Positions 12,835-27,527 of a stretch of 64,000 nucleotides of DNA are shown one piece after another. Below the pieces are notes generated by a model that did not search any database, was not told the origin of the DNA, and saw only the letters and a list, made by a program, of their open reading frames with translations. A program made the position numbers and the translations under genes. The stretch is from the human T2T-CHM13v2.0 reference genome, Homo sapiens: NCBI GenBank assembly GCA_009914755.4, contig CP068257.2, forward strand, positions 37,568,001 to 37,632,000, in the 5' to 3' direction. Within the stretch, counting starts at the first letter, position 1. Each line of letters begins with the position of its first letter.

Positions 12835-13991
12835 TCATAAGGTGCAACCATTGAAATCTAACACATTTTCTAAACTTCTGTCATCATCCCCATCATGGTA
12901 TCTCACAGTCCTTCTACCCTGATTTCTCGTTTTTATTTTTGAACGTCGAAGAACTCTTTTAGATTTTGCATAGTCCAAATCCTCCCAGTCATTATCATCC
13001 ACACTTAACCTAGGGCGTTTGCTTTGTCTTTGACGTCTCACAGTTTTAGATATGTTAGCTGTAAAAGTTTTACCTTTTCTAACTACTTTTGCTTTTCCTT
13101 TCGTTTTCCTCCTTTTGGTTTTTGTATTATCAGTACAGTCAATATCTGATTCAGTTACAGATCCCAAATCTGATGATTTGGAACTAGTATCAGGTCTAAA
13201 CTTTGAATTCCCAGTTGTTTCAGAGATTTTCACATTTTCCAATTCAGGATGCGATCTCTTCCTTTTTACTTCCTTCTCTGCTGTTTCCTGTGAATCATGA
13301 ATCACTTTTGTCTTACTAAAAGGAGCCTTTCCATAGGTCCTGAGTCTTCTGCCATTCCACCTGCGCAGCCCATAATTCAGTTCCACTTCAAAATTATTCT
13401 CTGCAGTAGCTTTTTGTGCCAAGGTTGACTCTGAAGAAAATGTCCTATCAGTCTCACTCCCTGGAATATGACTTTTTGAATCTTCTCCTGAAGATGTAAC
13501 AGAGGAACTTTTTCTTTTAGAAGGTGCATCTATTTTGTGAATATTGGTATGCCTGTGCTTGTGTTCTGAATTCAACATATCTTCAGAGTCTGAGTCTCCA
13601 TTTAGAGCCTGACTAAGCACTTTTGTACTACCTTCGGAGTCAGGATCAGGTGGCTTGCCTTCACAGGCATACTGTTCACTTGGTACTTCACAATGTACAC
13701 TTCCTTCACAATCACTCAATTTCTTCTTAGCTGTAGTACAAGCAAGATGGAGAGGTTTTTTCCTTCCATTTTTGCTTCTAGTGTGCACATTTTCTAAACT
13801 GACATCTTCTACATCACTCATGAGCTTGATCTTATTGGCAGCCGTAGCTGCACATCTTCGAGTAATCCTCAGGAGACCTGTTCTGGCTTTTGATGATTTC
13901 TTAACCACCTGTAAACTACTGTCTGAGTCACTGGAACAGACCCTTTTCCTGGAAATTTTTCTGCTTAGTCCATTGTCTTGTGATGCAGAAT
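12835..13991 (-). CDS. BRWD1: Large penultimate coding exon (acceptor tctgctctttaacttttag|ATTCTG, phase 1). Frame stays open for 385 codons to TGA at 12835-12837, giving a PHIP-like C-terminus ..TRNQGRRTVRYHDGDDDRSLENVLDFNGCTL*. Possible weak phase-1 donors lie at 12876 (GAA|gtttag) and 12918 (CAGG|gtagaa) for splicing into the last exon. Carries copy B of the motif ([34 protein letters not shown]).
   Basis: Continuous frame, serine-, lysine- and acidic-residue-rich. The C-terminal ..KTRNQGRRT.. aligns with the PHIP C-terminus as recalled. Clean acceptor. Length to the 12876 donor is 1116 nt (multiple of 3, phase 1-1). Confidence 0.85.
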
Positions 13992-15338
13992 CTAAAAGTT
14001 AAAGAGCAGATTTCTATTAATCTTTTGTAAGTCTAAAGGAATTATATGTTCAATATTAAAAACAAGTTCAGAATTCGTATTAATTTGAAGGGGGTATTGC
14101 AGTGAATGGAATGGTACACACCTATTAGTATAGTCATATGTTGCTCAACAGCAAGGATACATTCTGAGAAATGCATCGTTAGGCTATTTCGTCTTAAGCA
14201 AACATCACAGAGTGTGCTTACACAAACCTTACAGTACACCCTACTACACATCTAGGTTATATGGTATAGCCTATTACTCCTAGGCTACAAACCTGTATGA
14301 CATGCTACTGTTCTGAATCCTGCAGGCAGTTGTCACACAATGGTAAGTCTGTGTCTGTGTATCCAAACAGAAAAGGTAATGCACTGCACTAGGACTTGAG
14401 GACAGCTATGATTACTTCACTAAGCAATAGAAATTTTTAACCTTCATTATAATCTTATGAGACCACCACTGTTATGCAGCACATGACTGTACTTTAAAGC
14501 AGTAACTTTTTCATCCTCAGCACCATTCACAAATTCAACACATTCTCAATAACATCCCATGATCTTGACACTATAATATTAACATGAATACAACTAAACT
14601 GTTTACCATAGCACTAGCATATGCAAAGTAATCACTTAACACTCAGCCTCTCTGAAACTCCCCGTAACTCCCCAAGCTCCAATCACACAATTACTTTTCA
14701 TCTTAGTTTTAGCTGTCTTCTGCTCTACAGTATTTTATCAATCCCCATGTACCAGGGGTACAATCTTAATTCAACAAGTTATTTCACCACTTTGTGCTCC
14801 AGTTATTACCTGTAAAATGAACAATAATGCTAGTACCTACTTCATAAAAGAAATGAAGACTAAACTGCTTATTAATGGAAAACATTTAGAAAAACTTCCT
14901 AATAGAAACAGCTCAGTAACTGTTTTATTTGCTATTACTAACATCTCTTTTTATTAAATAGTCCTACCCTTTTTGTCTACTACTTAAGCTATCAACATCA
15001 CAGCTTATAAATGTGCCCCTCTCTGCTTTATTCAAGCCCATCTCTAATATAATATATCCCCATCATCAATACAAGAAGTGAAATCTTCAATAGGCATAGT
15101 TCTTAAGGCCAAGATTGCCTGTTAGGTGAATAAAATTATACTCAATAAAAAGTTACGCATGCACATAAGAATATAAAGGATGAACAGAGAAGGCTAACAC
15201 AGAATGCATGGGAGGGAGAGAAACAGCAAAGAGAAAAAAGTTTCAAGGGAAACTTTTTCGGGGGGAAAAAACCAATGTGTGTAAGAGAAAAGGATGGTGA
15301 GAGTCAATCAGTGAACAAAGATAAATGTTTTGAATTAC

Positions 15339-16628
<1,290 letters not shown>

Positions 16629-16794
16629 TTTTCTTCACTTTTTAATGCCAAAATTCATTTCCTTCCTAAATCTAAGGAACCTAAAGGACATTAACTTAAT
16701 CTTACGTAGATGCATTAAATCAAGAATCTATTCAATTTATAACTTTTGGATTCTTTTGATATACATTCCATAAAAGTACTACTGAGTCTCTTAC

Positions 16795-16962
16795 CAGTTT
16801 TTCTTTGAGCAGCTCTAGTTCTGGTTACCCTGAGATTGCTGCTTCTGGATAGCCCACTGCGTGAGGAGGATTCACGAGCTCTGGAACTCTCTTTGCTTTC
16901 CTCAGAACTACTGGAAGCTGACGATGACAAAGAGGTAGCTAAAGAATCTTCCACTTCACTTT
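16795..16962 (-). CDS. BRWD1: Coding exon, 168 nt, phase 1-1. Encodes (E)[55 protein letters not shown](G). Acceptor ctttatttttcctag|AAAGTG, donor AAAACTG|gtaagag.
   Basis: Open frame with strong donor GTAAGA and good acceptor. Joins in frame to the flanking exons. Confidence 0.88.
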
Positions 16963-17279
16963 CTAGGAAAAATAAAGTGTAAATAGTTACATATATTCTC
17001 CTGTCTTTACACACATAAGCAAGCAGTTCATAACATTACTCTGAACATTACATAACATTACTACAAAAGCAGATTCCTAAAATGCTTAGAATATATTTTT
17101 TAAAAACCATTCCCAAAAAAAGCTGATGAAATTTGGAGTATTAAAAGGTACATAATCAGCATTCCAAATAGTTTTTAATTCTATTTCTAAAAATAACAGA
17201 TTAATCCTAGTGTAGATTTACAAAATATAGTTTATGTATTTTATAAACAGACTTCCAATTAAAAATTTAATTAGCTGCA

Positions 17280-17570
17280 GGCCGGGCACGGTGACTCACT
17301 CCAGTAATCCTAGCATTTTGGGAGGCTGAGGTGGGTGGATCACTTGAGGCCAGGAGTTCAAAACTAGCCTGGCCAAATAGTGAAACCCCATCTCTACTGA
17401 AAATACAAAATTAGCCAGGCGTGGTGGCAGGACCCTGAAATCCCAGCTACTGGGGAGGCTGAGGCAGAAGAATCACTTGAACCCAGGAGGGGAAGGTAGC
17501 AGTGAGCCAAGATCGTGCCACTGCACTCCAGCCTGGGCGACAGAAAGAGACTCTGTCTCAAAAATAAATT
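17280..17570 (+). mobile_element. Alu
   Basis: ggccgggcacggtgactcac..cactgcactccagcctgggcgacagaaagagactctgtctcaaaaataaa. Confidence 0.92.
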
Positions 17571-18896
17571 AGTTAAATTAATTGGATCCATGTCTACTCC
17601 CTTCTGTGATATCAGATAGGTATTTCATATAAAAAAGACACCATCATTTCAATTCCAGCATTTCAGAAGACATAGTTTGCATGTCTCACCATCCTTTTAC
17701 CCATTCCTAACAGCACAGTAAGGTCATTTCTTACATAACAGCTACACGAGAGAGAGAGTGTGAGAGGGAAGAAAAGAAAACTGGCTGTGATACCAAAATA
17801 CTAGACACCAAATTGTGGTTCATCCTTTGAACTTGTTCTACTGTTTGCCCACCTCAGCTACTCCTGTCAACTCTACCATCCATCACCTTGACTCCCTGTT
17901 TTTCCAGGCTCTTCCCCTCCCTCTGCACATCACTGCCAAACTTAATCTTCCTGAAACATAATGTGACTCTGTCACTCAATAAGGAACCCAGTTCAGTAAT
18001 CCAAACTCTTCTGCAAGGCTCGAAAGTTGCTAAACTTTGACTGTACTCTATCTGTTTGATCCCATTGTTTGTAACATTCCCCAAAACGGTCTTTTCATTT
18101 GCACAAAATGCATCCTTCTTTCCTTCAGTGCATTTTCTCATAGTTGCTACTAGGCTGTAATGTGTCCACTTATCACTAGTGCCATTTTCAATTACTCCAG
18201 CATACTCTGATTGGACATTCCATGCTATGAATGTATCCCTTAAAACACTGTACAGTTCTAATGTGATACACATGAACTTGCTTGTCTTTCTCCACGTTTT
18301 ATCACAGTCCACTTCCATTCCAAACTTTTATCTGTATATTTTTCAATGCTGTCAATACTATTTATTGAAATACTAGGTAAAAGATATGTATAAATGATTC
18401 AATTATAACAGTAAATAGTATGCTATTGTCATAATTCAGCAAAACCACTCAGAGCAGTACAGAAATAGATACACACCACAGCCTCATTTGTACAATGTTA
18501 ACAAAGTTAGCATCAGCTACAGTTATGCTACCAGATGGCAACAACATGAACAGTTTAGAATTTACTACGTCATCAGCTTTGAACTTCATTGATTCTTAGT
18601 ACTTCTTAATTTTTAAATTAAAAAGATACAAAAACTTCAAATGCTGCACACCAAGTGTGAAGAATCTATGTATCACGTAATTGACAATTCAATATAAATG
18701 TACCATTCACAAAGCATGGCACTTATAGAAGATAATCGAATTGTTCCATGTTTATTATGTTTATCTCTTCCATTAAACTGTAAGTTCTTTCAGTGTCAAG
18801 GCCACATCTTTATATTTTCCTCTAAATCTCTAGTAATGGCCAGTGTTACACATTTGGGTGCTCAGCAAAGAAATAACATAGTATTTCACTTCTCAC

Positions 18897-19117
18897 CAGA
18901 TAATGTAGAACCATTTGTTATAGGTCTATTTCTTTTCCTCCTTTCTGATGATTCTGCTGAATCTGAAGAGTCACCAGAAGTAACACCTGAAGAGATACCA
19001 GCACTTGTCTTGTGGGTTCCAAGATAAGCTGTCCTACTTGAGGTAGACTGGGTAGGAGAACCTACCAACTCAGGAATTATTTTTGTCTGAGATTTTAACC
19101 TCTTCGGCTTGAGGTTT
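18897..19117 (-). CDS. BRWD1: Coding exon, 221 nt, phase 2 to 1. Encodes (R)[73 protein letters not shown]. Acceptor ..tttggccag|AAACCTC, donor TTATCTG|gtgagaa.
   Basis: Open frame. Corresponds to the serine-rich stretch after bromodomain 2 in PHIP (RRKKRNRSSSVSSSAASS...). Phases link the upstream and downstream exons. Confidence 0.85.
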
Positions 19118-19750
19118 CTGGCCAAACATATGAACAAAGGAAACAGTATTTAACAAAATACAAAGATAATTGGTTCACAGAGAATGACTAAATAGAAGTA
19201 TATCATATTTCTTAAACTGAGAGTAATTTTATCATCAAAACATTAAAATATTCACTATTAACATTTTATTCTGGCACTGATTAGTAGTAGTATTTCCTAA
19301 CTCTAAATTTAACGCACTGTTATTCAAATTTGGAGTAATGAATCAATGTTCCAAGTAAGAGTTACAGAAAATTATTTGAATACCTTACATTCTTTGGATT
19401 AAATGCTAAGAGGAACCAACATTTACGTAATATAGGTATTCATTCATACTACCAATGTAAGCCTCAATAGGACCCAACTTTCTCCTCTCTTATTTCTATG
19501 TCCCTAAAGACAGAATATGGTTAAGAGGAGAAATCAACAAAACCTAAACAGGAAAAGTTAAAAAAAGGCATCAGAACAAAATGATTTTTGTCCCAAGACC
19601 AGACTATTTACATCTAACTGCACCCATTCACCATGGTTGGCCACTAGGCCAGGAATTATGAGAAAGGAGAATGGAAGTTTAAGGCATGTGAGAAATATGG
19701 GTGAATGAATATTGAGATAATCCTATTTTCCTTTAAAACAGCTAAGAAAT

Positions 19751-20008
19751 GGCCGAACATGCCTGTAATCCCAGCACTTTAGGAGGCCAAGGCAGGTGGA
19801 TAAATTGAAGCCAGGAGTTCAAACACTAGCCTGGGCAACATAGCATGACCCCATGCCTACAAAAAATTTAAAAATTAGCTGGGCATAGTTGTGCACATCT
19901 ATGATCGCAGCTACTCAGGAGACTTGTTTTAGCCCAGGAGCTTGACATTACGATGACATTATGATCACACCATGCACTCCAGCCTGGGCAACAGAGCAAG
20001 ACCCTGTT

Positions 20009-20010
<2 letters not shown>
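19751..20010 (+). mobile_element. Alu (older, no A-tail). It abuts the next inverted Alu with no spacer.
   Basis: ggccgaacatgcctgtaatcccagcactttaggaggccaaggcagg..ccagcctgggcaacagagcaagaccctgtttc. Confidence 0.9.
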
Positions 20011-20047
<37 letters not shown>

Positions 20048-20290
20048 AGACAGAGTCTCTGCTCACTGCAAGCTCCGCCTCCCAAGTTCACGCCATTCTC
20101 CTGCCTCAGCCTCCTGAGTAGCTGGGACTACAGGCGCCCACCACCACGCCCGGCTAATTTTTTGTAATTTTTAGTAGAGACAAGGTTTCACCATGTTAGC
20201 CAGGATGGTCTCGATCTCCTGACCTCGTGATCCACCCACCTCGGCCTCCCAAAGTGCTGGGATTACAAGCGTGAGCCACCGCGCCCAGCC
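20011..20290 (-). mobile_element. Alu with a 36-nt poly-T (its A-tail) at 20011-20046
   Basis: T36 then gagacagagtctctgctcactgcaagctccgcctccc..gcgtgagccaccgcgcccagcc. Confidence 0.92.
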
Positions 20291-20454
20291 GACCCTGCTT
20301 CTTAAAACAAAAGCAAAACAGCCTTTTAAGTGGTATCTAGACATTGAAGCTTAAAGTTAATCACAATTCTTTAAAGCAATAATTGTCAAGGCTGTAATAT
20401 CAAAAATTTTAAATGCCGTTAATAATCAAGGGAGAGAACAAAAGTAAATATAAG

Positions 20455-20755
<301 letters not shown>

Positions 20756-21775
20756 TGATCTGATACCACCACCACCTAGGAAGGGGATGGAAGGAAGCTA
20801 TACTAGAGCCAAGTTCCTATATGTACTGTAATAAAAATAGTATTAATATAAAATCGATTGTTTGCAATAGATTGAGATGCATAGTGTAGTCCCCAGAGCA
20901 ACCACAAGGAAATCCCATCAAGGGATATACTGCACAGTTGAAAATATAAATGGAAACAAACTAAACATTGCACAACTCAATTTTTATACTGTAACAACAT
21001 AAAGTACCTATAAATGTGATATTAATCTAAACTACATAGTCAAAGAATATAGAATGTAAATTAATATACAATTACTGAGAAAGTTAATAAATCCTTCATT
21101 TTACATTTCTTTACAAATAATCCTCAGTAATACTGAGGTACATTGTATCAAGGGTACATTTTCCCTTACACAATCAAATGCTCAAAAGACCATACATAAA
21201 AATCACATTATTCTCTACATAGCAGTCCCCAAGCTTTCTGGCACCAGGGACCGGTTTTGTGGAAGACAGTTTTTCCATGGACTGGGACTGGGGCCAGTGA
21301 GTGGGCAGAGTTCAAGACAAAACTGTTCCACCTCAGATCATCAGGCATTAGATCCTCATAAGGAGCACACAACCTGGATCCCTCGCATGCAGTTACAAAA
21401 AGGTTCCTGCTCCTATGAAAATCGAATGCCCCCACGGATCTGACAGCAGACAGAACTCAGGTGGTAATGCTTGTTTGCCAGCCAATCACATCCTACTGTG
21501 TGGCCCAGTCTACACAGGGAGCAGGTGCTGGGGACTCCGACTCTATATTAAAGAGCCAATTCTTATGCAAAATACAAATGACACTTTAAATAATCCTTAA
21601 TAAGATTTGAAAAAATCTATAATTTTACATATTTATAGAATTACAAACCAATACAACAGCTCTATATTCACAGAAATGCTTTCAAGCTATAAAACCCATG
21701 ACTAGTCTTTTCAGAATGTACAGTACTCTAAAGATTAAATAACACAGTCTTAAATTTTTAAAAAAATGCATACAG

Positions 21776-22070
21776 GCTGGGCGCAGTGGCTCACGCCTGT
21801 AATCCCAACATATTGGGAGGCCAAGGTGGAAGGATCTTGATCCCAGGAGTTCAAGACCAGCGTGGGCACCATAGCAAGACCCCATCTATACAAAAAATAA
21901 TTTTTAAAAATTAGCCAGGCTTGGTGACACACCCCTGTTATCCCAACTACTCGGGAAGCTGAGGTGAGAGGGACTGCTTGAGACCAGAAAGTTGCAGCTG
22001 CAGTGGTCATGATCATATCACTAGACCCCAGCCTGGGCAACATAGTGAAACCCTGTCTTAAAAAATAAAT
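21776..22070 (+). mobile_element. Alu, first of three tandem same-orientation copies
   Basis: ggctgggcgcagtggctcacgcctgtaatcccaacatattgggagg..gaaaccctgtcttaaaaaataaatag. Confidence 0.92.
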
Positions 22071-22071
22071 A

Positions 22072-22668
<597 letters not shown>

Positions 22669-22690
22669 AAGCTTGCCATAACCAGTTTAC

Positions 22691-22857
22691 CTGATACTTT
22701 TGTTAGGCTGACTGTCACCTTTACAATTTTGCCGTTGCTTGAACCTCTGGCTTCTTCGAAGTTTTTCATTGAATTTTTGACCAATTTTAAAATCAGAAGA
22801 GATTTTCTTCATTTTTTCTTCAAATAAGGCAGATAATCTCAAGGTCATACTATAAAT
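22691..22857 (-). CDS. BRWD1: Coding exon (end of bromodomain 2). Encodes [55 protein letters not shown]. Acceptor tccttgcag|ATTTAT, donor ATCAG|gtaaac.
   Basis: Aligns to PHIP ..[34 protein letters not shown].. Phase 0 to 2. Confidence 0.9.
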
Positions 22858-23738
22858 CTGCAAGGATATAAAAACAAAGTAGAATTACAAAATAGCCTTA
22901 AAAGTACTTAAGAAATAATTGTAATCATTGAGATCCCTTGCAATGTATTATATCACTGCTTATAGGTAATGGCTGTCACCCACTTCTTCTGTTTCCAACC
23001 CCCTTCCCTTAATGACATCTGGAAGTAAGAAGTATCAAATACATACCTCTCAGATGATAAGAAAGTAGTTTGAAGTCAAGCATCTATATTCAGGACTTGT
23101 GTCTATATGTCAGTGAATCTCAACTGTTTTTGCCTATTCTAACATCTGTATGTACAAACCCCAAAATATACCCTTCTCCCAAAGTTAGATGGGAAGTTGA
23201 ATGGTTTTAAGGCTGCTATTTAGGCTACAAAAGCGCTGTCTTTCTTTGGGGCAAGGGAACAAAAGCACTTTTATATACCCATCTCTGTCTGCAATCTGTT
23301 TTCAATGCCACCTAATTCTAAAAATGAAACAAAAATACCTTGCATCCAGTAGCAGAAAGTATAACCTAGAACGTTAATGCATATGAAAGATTTGTTTTAA
23401 CAATGTTTACAATTAAATAACATCAAATCTTAAATACTTTTGGATACAGCTATGTATGTACAGAACTACTCTATCCTCCTCCACGACTTTTCCTGAAAAT
23501 AAGTGCAAAAGTCTAATGCTCAAAACTTAAATATAATTCTTGTGCATGGCAGTGGATGGCGAAGACACTCCAATACCAGAAAACTTTTTTAAAAAGTATG
23601 TGAGATATACGAATTTCTTACATGCTTCTCATATACATATATATATGCTCACAAATGAATGTGAAATTTGTTATACTTAATCTGAAATGATCTTTGACAG
23701 TTATTTTCAGTATTTCATATATATAAATTTTATTCTGC

Positions 23739-24029
23739 CAGGCACAGTGGCTCATGCCTATAATCCCAGTACTTTGGGAGGCCGAGGCAGGCAGATCACT
23801 TGAGGTCAAGGGTTCAAGACTAGCTTGGCCAATATGGTGAAACCCCATCTCTACTAAAAATACAATAATTAGCCGGGCATGGTGGCGCAAGCCTGTAGTC
23901 CCAGCTACCCGGGAGGCTGAAGCAGGCAAATTGCTCAGGAGTTGGAGGTTGCAGTGAGCCAAGATCTCACCACTGCTCTCCAGCCTGGGCAACAGAGTGA
24001 GACAGGCTCAAAAAAAAAAAAGAAAAAAA

Positions 24030-24034
<5 letters not shown>
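23739..24034 (+). mobile_element. Alu
   Basis: gccaggcacagtggctcatgcctataatcccagtactttgggaggccgaggc..gagacaggctc(a)n. Confidence 0.92.

Positions 24035-24080
<46 letters not shown>
24035..24080. repeat. (AC)23 dinucleotide microsatellite
   Basis: Perfect acacac.. run directly after the Alu A-tail. Confidence 0.95.
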
Positions 24081-24085
<5 letters not shown>

Positions 24086-24099
24086 AAACTCCAAAAACA

Positions 24100-24790
24100 A
24101 CAAGTGTTGGCAAGGATGTGAACAAACTGTGGCTTTTATACACTGCCAGCGGGAATGTAAAAAGGTGCAGCCAATATGGAAAACAGTGTAGTGGTTCCTG
24201 GAAAAGGTAAACATGAATTATCCCATGACCCAGCAATTCTACTCTTAGGTCTATACCCAAGGGAATTGAGCAGGGTTTCTGAGAGATACGTGTATTCCAA
24301 AATTTGCTGCAGCATTACTCGTAATGGTCAAGAAATAGAAACAGCCGAGCTGGCCATCGATAGATGAATGAATAAGATATGGTATAACCACACACTTTAA
24401 TATTATTCAGCCATAAAATGGAATAAAGTTCTGATACATGCTACAACATGCATAAGCCTTTAAGGCATTACACTAAGTGAAATAAATAAGCTGGACACAA
24501 AGGACAAATATGGTAAGATCTCAATTTTTATATGAAATTGTCTAGGACAGGCAAATTCAGACACCGAAAGTTAGAGGTTTCCAAGGACTGGGGGTGAGGG
24601 GAAATTACTGCTTGATGGTTACAGAGCTTCTGTGTGGAATGATGAAAAGGTTTTAGAAAGATTATAAACGATGTCACTGAATTGTACTCATAAAAATGGC
24701 TAAAATGGCAAATGTTATGTTATATATAGTTAACCATAGTTTTGAACAACTGACAATGTACTATACCAAAAACCACTGAACTATAAGCTT
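24100..24790 (+). mobile_element. L1 3'-end fragment (ORF2 C-terminus and 3'UTR)
   Basis: ..ctgccagcgggaatgtaaaaaggtgcagccaatatggaaaacagtgtagtggttcc..cccagcaattctactcttaggtctatacccaagggaattgag.. matches the L1 3' consensus. Confidence 0.8.
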
Positions 24791-25171
24791 TCAATGGTGA
24801 ACTGTATGGTATGTGTCCTCAAACATGTATTTGAGGGGCACAGGGAAGACTTGAATGAAATTTATTTTGTCGCTGAAAAAAAACAGTCTTACAAATGGTG
24901 ACTTTGACAAAAATCCAAGCTTGGAAACGTTAGCCTTGAACGTTAAACTGATCCAGCAAGCAGTGTGGATCCTGAATCCAAGAAAGAGTTCTCAAATTGA
25001 GACCAGAGGCAGTAATGCAGGAGGAGTCTAATATTAAGTAATGACAGGGAAATGCAGTTAAAGCAAAACAGTTAAATGTCACTGATTGTAGACACCAAAA
25101 AATGTTGTAAGATCAAACAAGTATTTTACTTTAAATATGACTTTTTACAATTATTCAACACATGAGCTACC

Positions 25172-25447
25172 TGGAGTCTTGCTCTGTTGCCCAGGCTAGA
25201 GTGCAGTGGCATGATCTCAGCTCACTGCAACCTCTGCCTCCCAGGTTCAAGTGGCTCTCATGCCTCATTTCAAGCGGTTCTCATGCCTCGTGCCTATAGG
25301 TGGGATTACAGGCAAGCGCCAACACGGGCTAATTTTTTTATCTCTAGTAGAGAAGGGGGCTCACCATGTTGACCAGGCTGGTCTCGAACTCCTGACCTCA
25401 AGTGATCTGCCTACCTTGGCCTCCCAAATTCCAGGGATTACAGGCCT
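25172..25447 (-). mobile_element. Alu (5'-truncated tail)
   Basis: ggagtcttgctctgttgcccaggctagagtgcagtggcatgatctcagctcactgcaacctctgcctcccagg..cctcccaaattccagggattacaggcc. Confidence 0.9.
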
Positions 25448-26571
25448 CATCAAGTTTTGAAAAGTTACCCAATGTGTAACATGTTAACAAAACTTTAGTA
25501 ACCTTCTACTGAAACTGCATGCCCCAAAGAGTTAAAGAAGTCAATTAACAAAAATTCTTAAGTTTACAAAATGACAAAAAAAAAAAAAAGAAAGAAAGAA
25601 ACCCAACCTACTATAAAACACTAAAACTCCCTCTGCTTATGAGATAAGAAGAACTGGCTGAAACTGGTTAAAACCAGTATGGCCAAGTGGAGTCTGCAAA
25701 GAATGAGCCTGCTGACATCAGAGCCTGAATTTCCAGCATGCTTCACACTAACTTCCCCCAAATTTGCACACGCAACCCATCAGATAACATAAAGAAATAA
25801 CTATACATGCCCAAAGACTTTCCAGACCTCTCCTTTCCTTCCATTAATCACCTGCTAATCTCAGAATCCATGCCCTGAACCTTTTCTTTAAAAAAAAATA
25901 AAAAATAAAAATACTGCTTTAAAGCCAGCACCGGAGTCAGATTTGAAATTCACTCCTGTCTCCTTAGGAGTCAACTTTCAATATAAAGCTTATTCTCAAA
26001 AACCCAGTGTCACCACTTCACTTGAGTAGGCTAGAAAAAAAAAAAAAAGAAAAAGAAAAACCCTGTGTCATAATATTAGCTTCTAACACATCAAGCAAAG
26101 AGCCTCCACTGGCTCTGTAACATTATTTGTGGTCTTAATCTGATAGCTCATGTGTTCCTTCTTCAAATCCAAATGTTCTTATGCTGTCAGCAGTCTCACA
26201 ACCAGATTTTCCTTTTTACTTTTAATATTCTTACAGTCTCGATCTATGTTTCCAATCCACTTAAGATCCTTATACATACAAAACACAGAGACTCTTACTC
26301 TGTGTATCAAATTTGTTCACTTTCTATTGATGCCTACTCCCATTAATCCCCACTTGCTTATAAAATTTGAGGAGATTATGATAAACATCAACTGATGAAA
26401 GGCAAAAACTGAAGCTATATGAACAGTAGCAGAAGCTCTTTTCTTTATAATAGTCTTAATTTATTCACTTATCTTTAATGTTCTAACCTCTATTACACAG
26501 TGGAAAATTACACTGGAAAAAATTACTATTACATTGGAAAATTATCTACACAGATCAGGCAGTTTTTTTCA

Positions 26572-26745
<174 letters not shown>

Positions 26746-27323
26746 CTAGGTTTTAAACACAATATTTAATTCATAGATTCATTTCTTGCTTTTAGAAATG
26801 TAAATGCATCAGATCTCTAAAAAATGTGAAATGATGGAAGAGAGGAAAAGGTTAGAGGACTCTTAAAATTCATTAGTAATGTTTAAAAAGAGGTATAAAA
26901 ACAAAGAAAAGATAGAAATATACCAAAATGTTAATGTCTATTTATTGTTAGTGACACATGGGATGGTTTTATTTCCTGCTGTATGTACTCCAAGCATCCT
27001 ACAGTCACTCTGTGCTGTTATAATCCAACTTTTTTTATAAAGTCATCTTTCAATTTCCCTTTTTAAAGAGTGCAAACAGACACGTTTATCCAATTCACAG
27101 TTCTCCTAGTGCTGGGCCTACTTAGATAGAAATCTAAGTAGATCCATCCCACTGTTATGTAATACTGATTATCTAAGTCTAAATTCTTAAATGAGCTCAC
27201 AAGGGTGTCTATAAATTGAAGAAAACTATGTAAAAACAATACTTCTACCACTAACTTAGTGATAGGAGCAAAAAAGTTAACATAAAGCCTGGGTATCTTT
27301 CTCTTTAAAGTTTAATAACTCTA

Positions 27324-27527
<204 letters not shown>

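Noticed and set aside
13052-14002. Plus-strand ORFs (13052-13300, 13655-14002) overlapping the large minus-strand exon
   Set aside because: They are antisense shadow ORFs of a low-complexity, codon-biased exon. The minus-strand frame carries the family homology and the splice sites.
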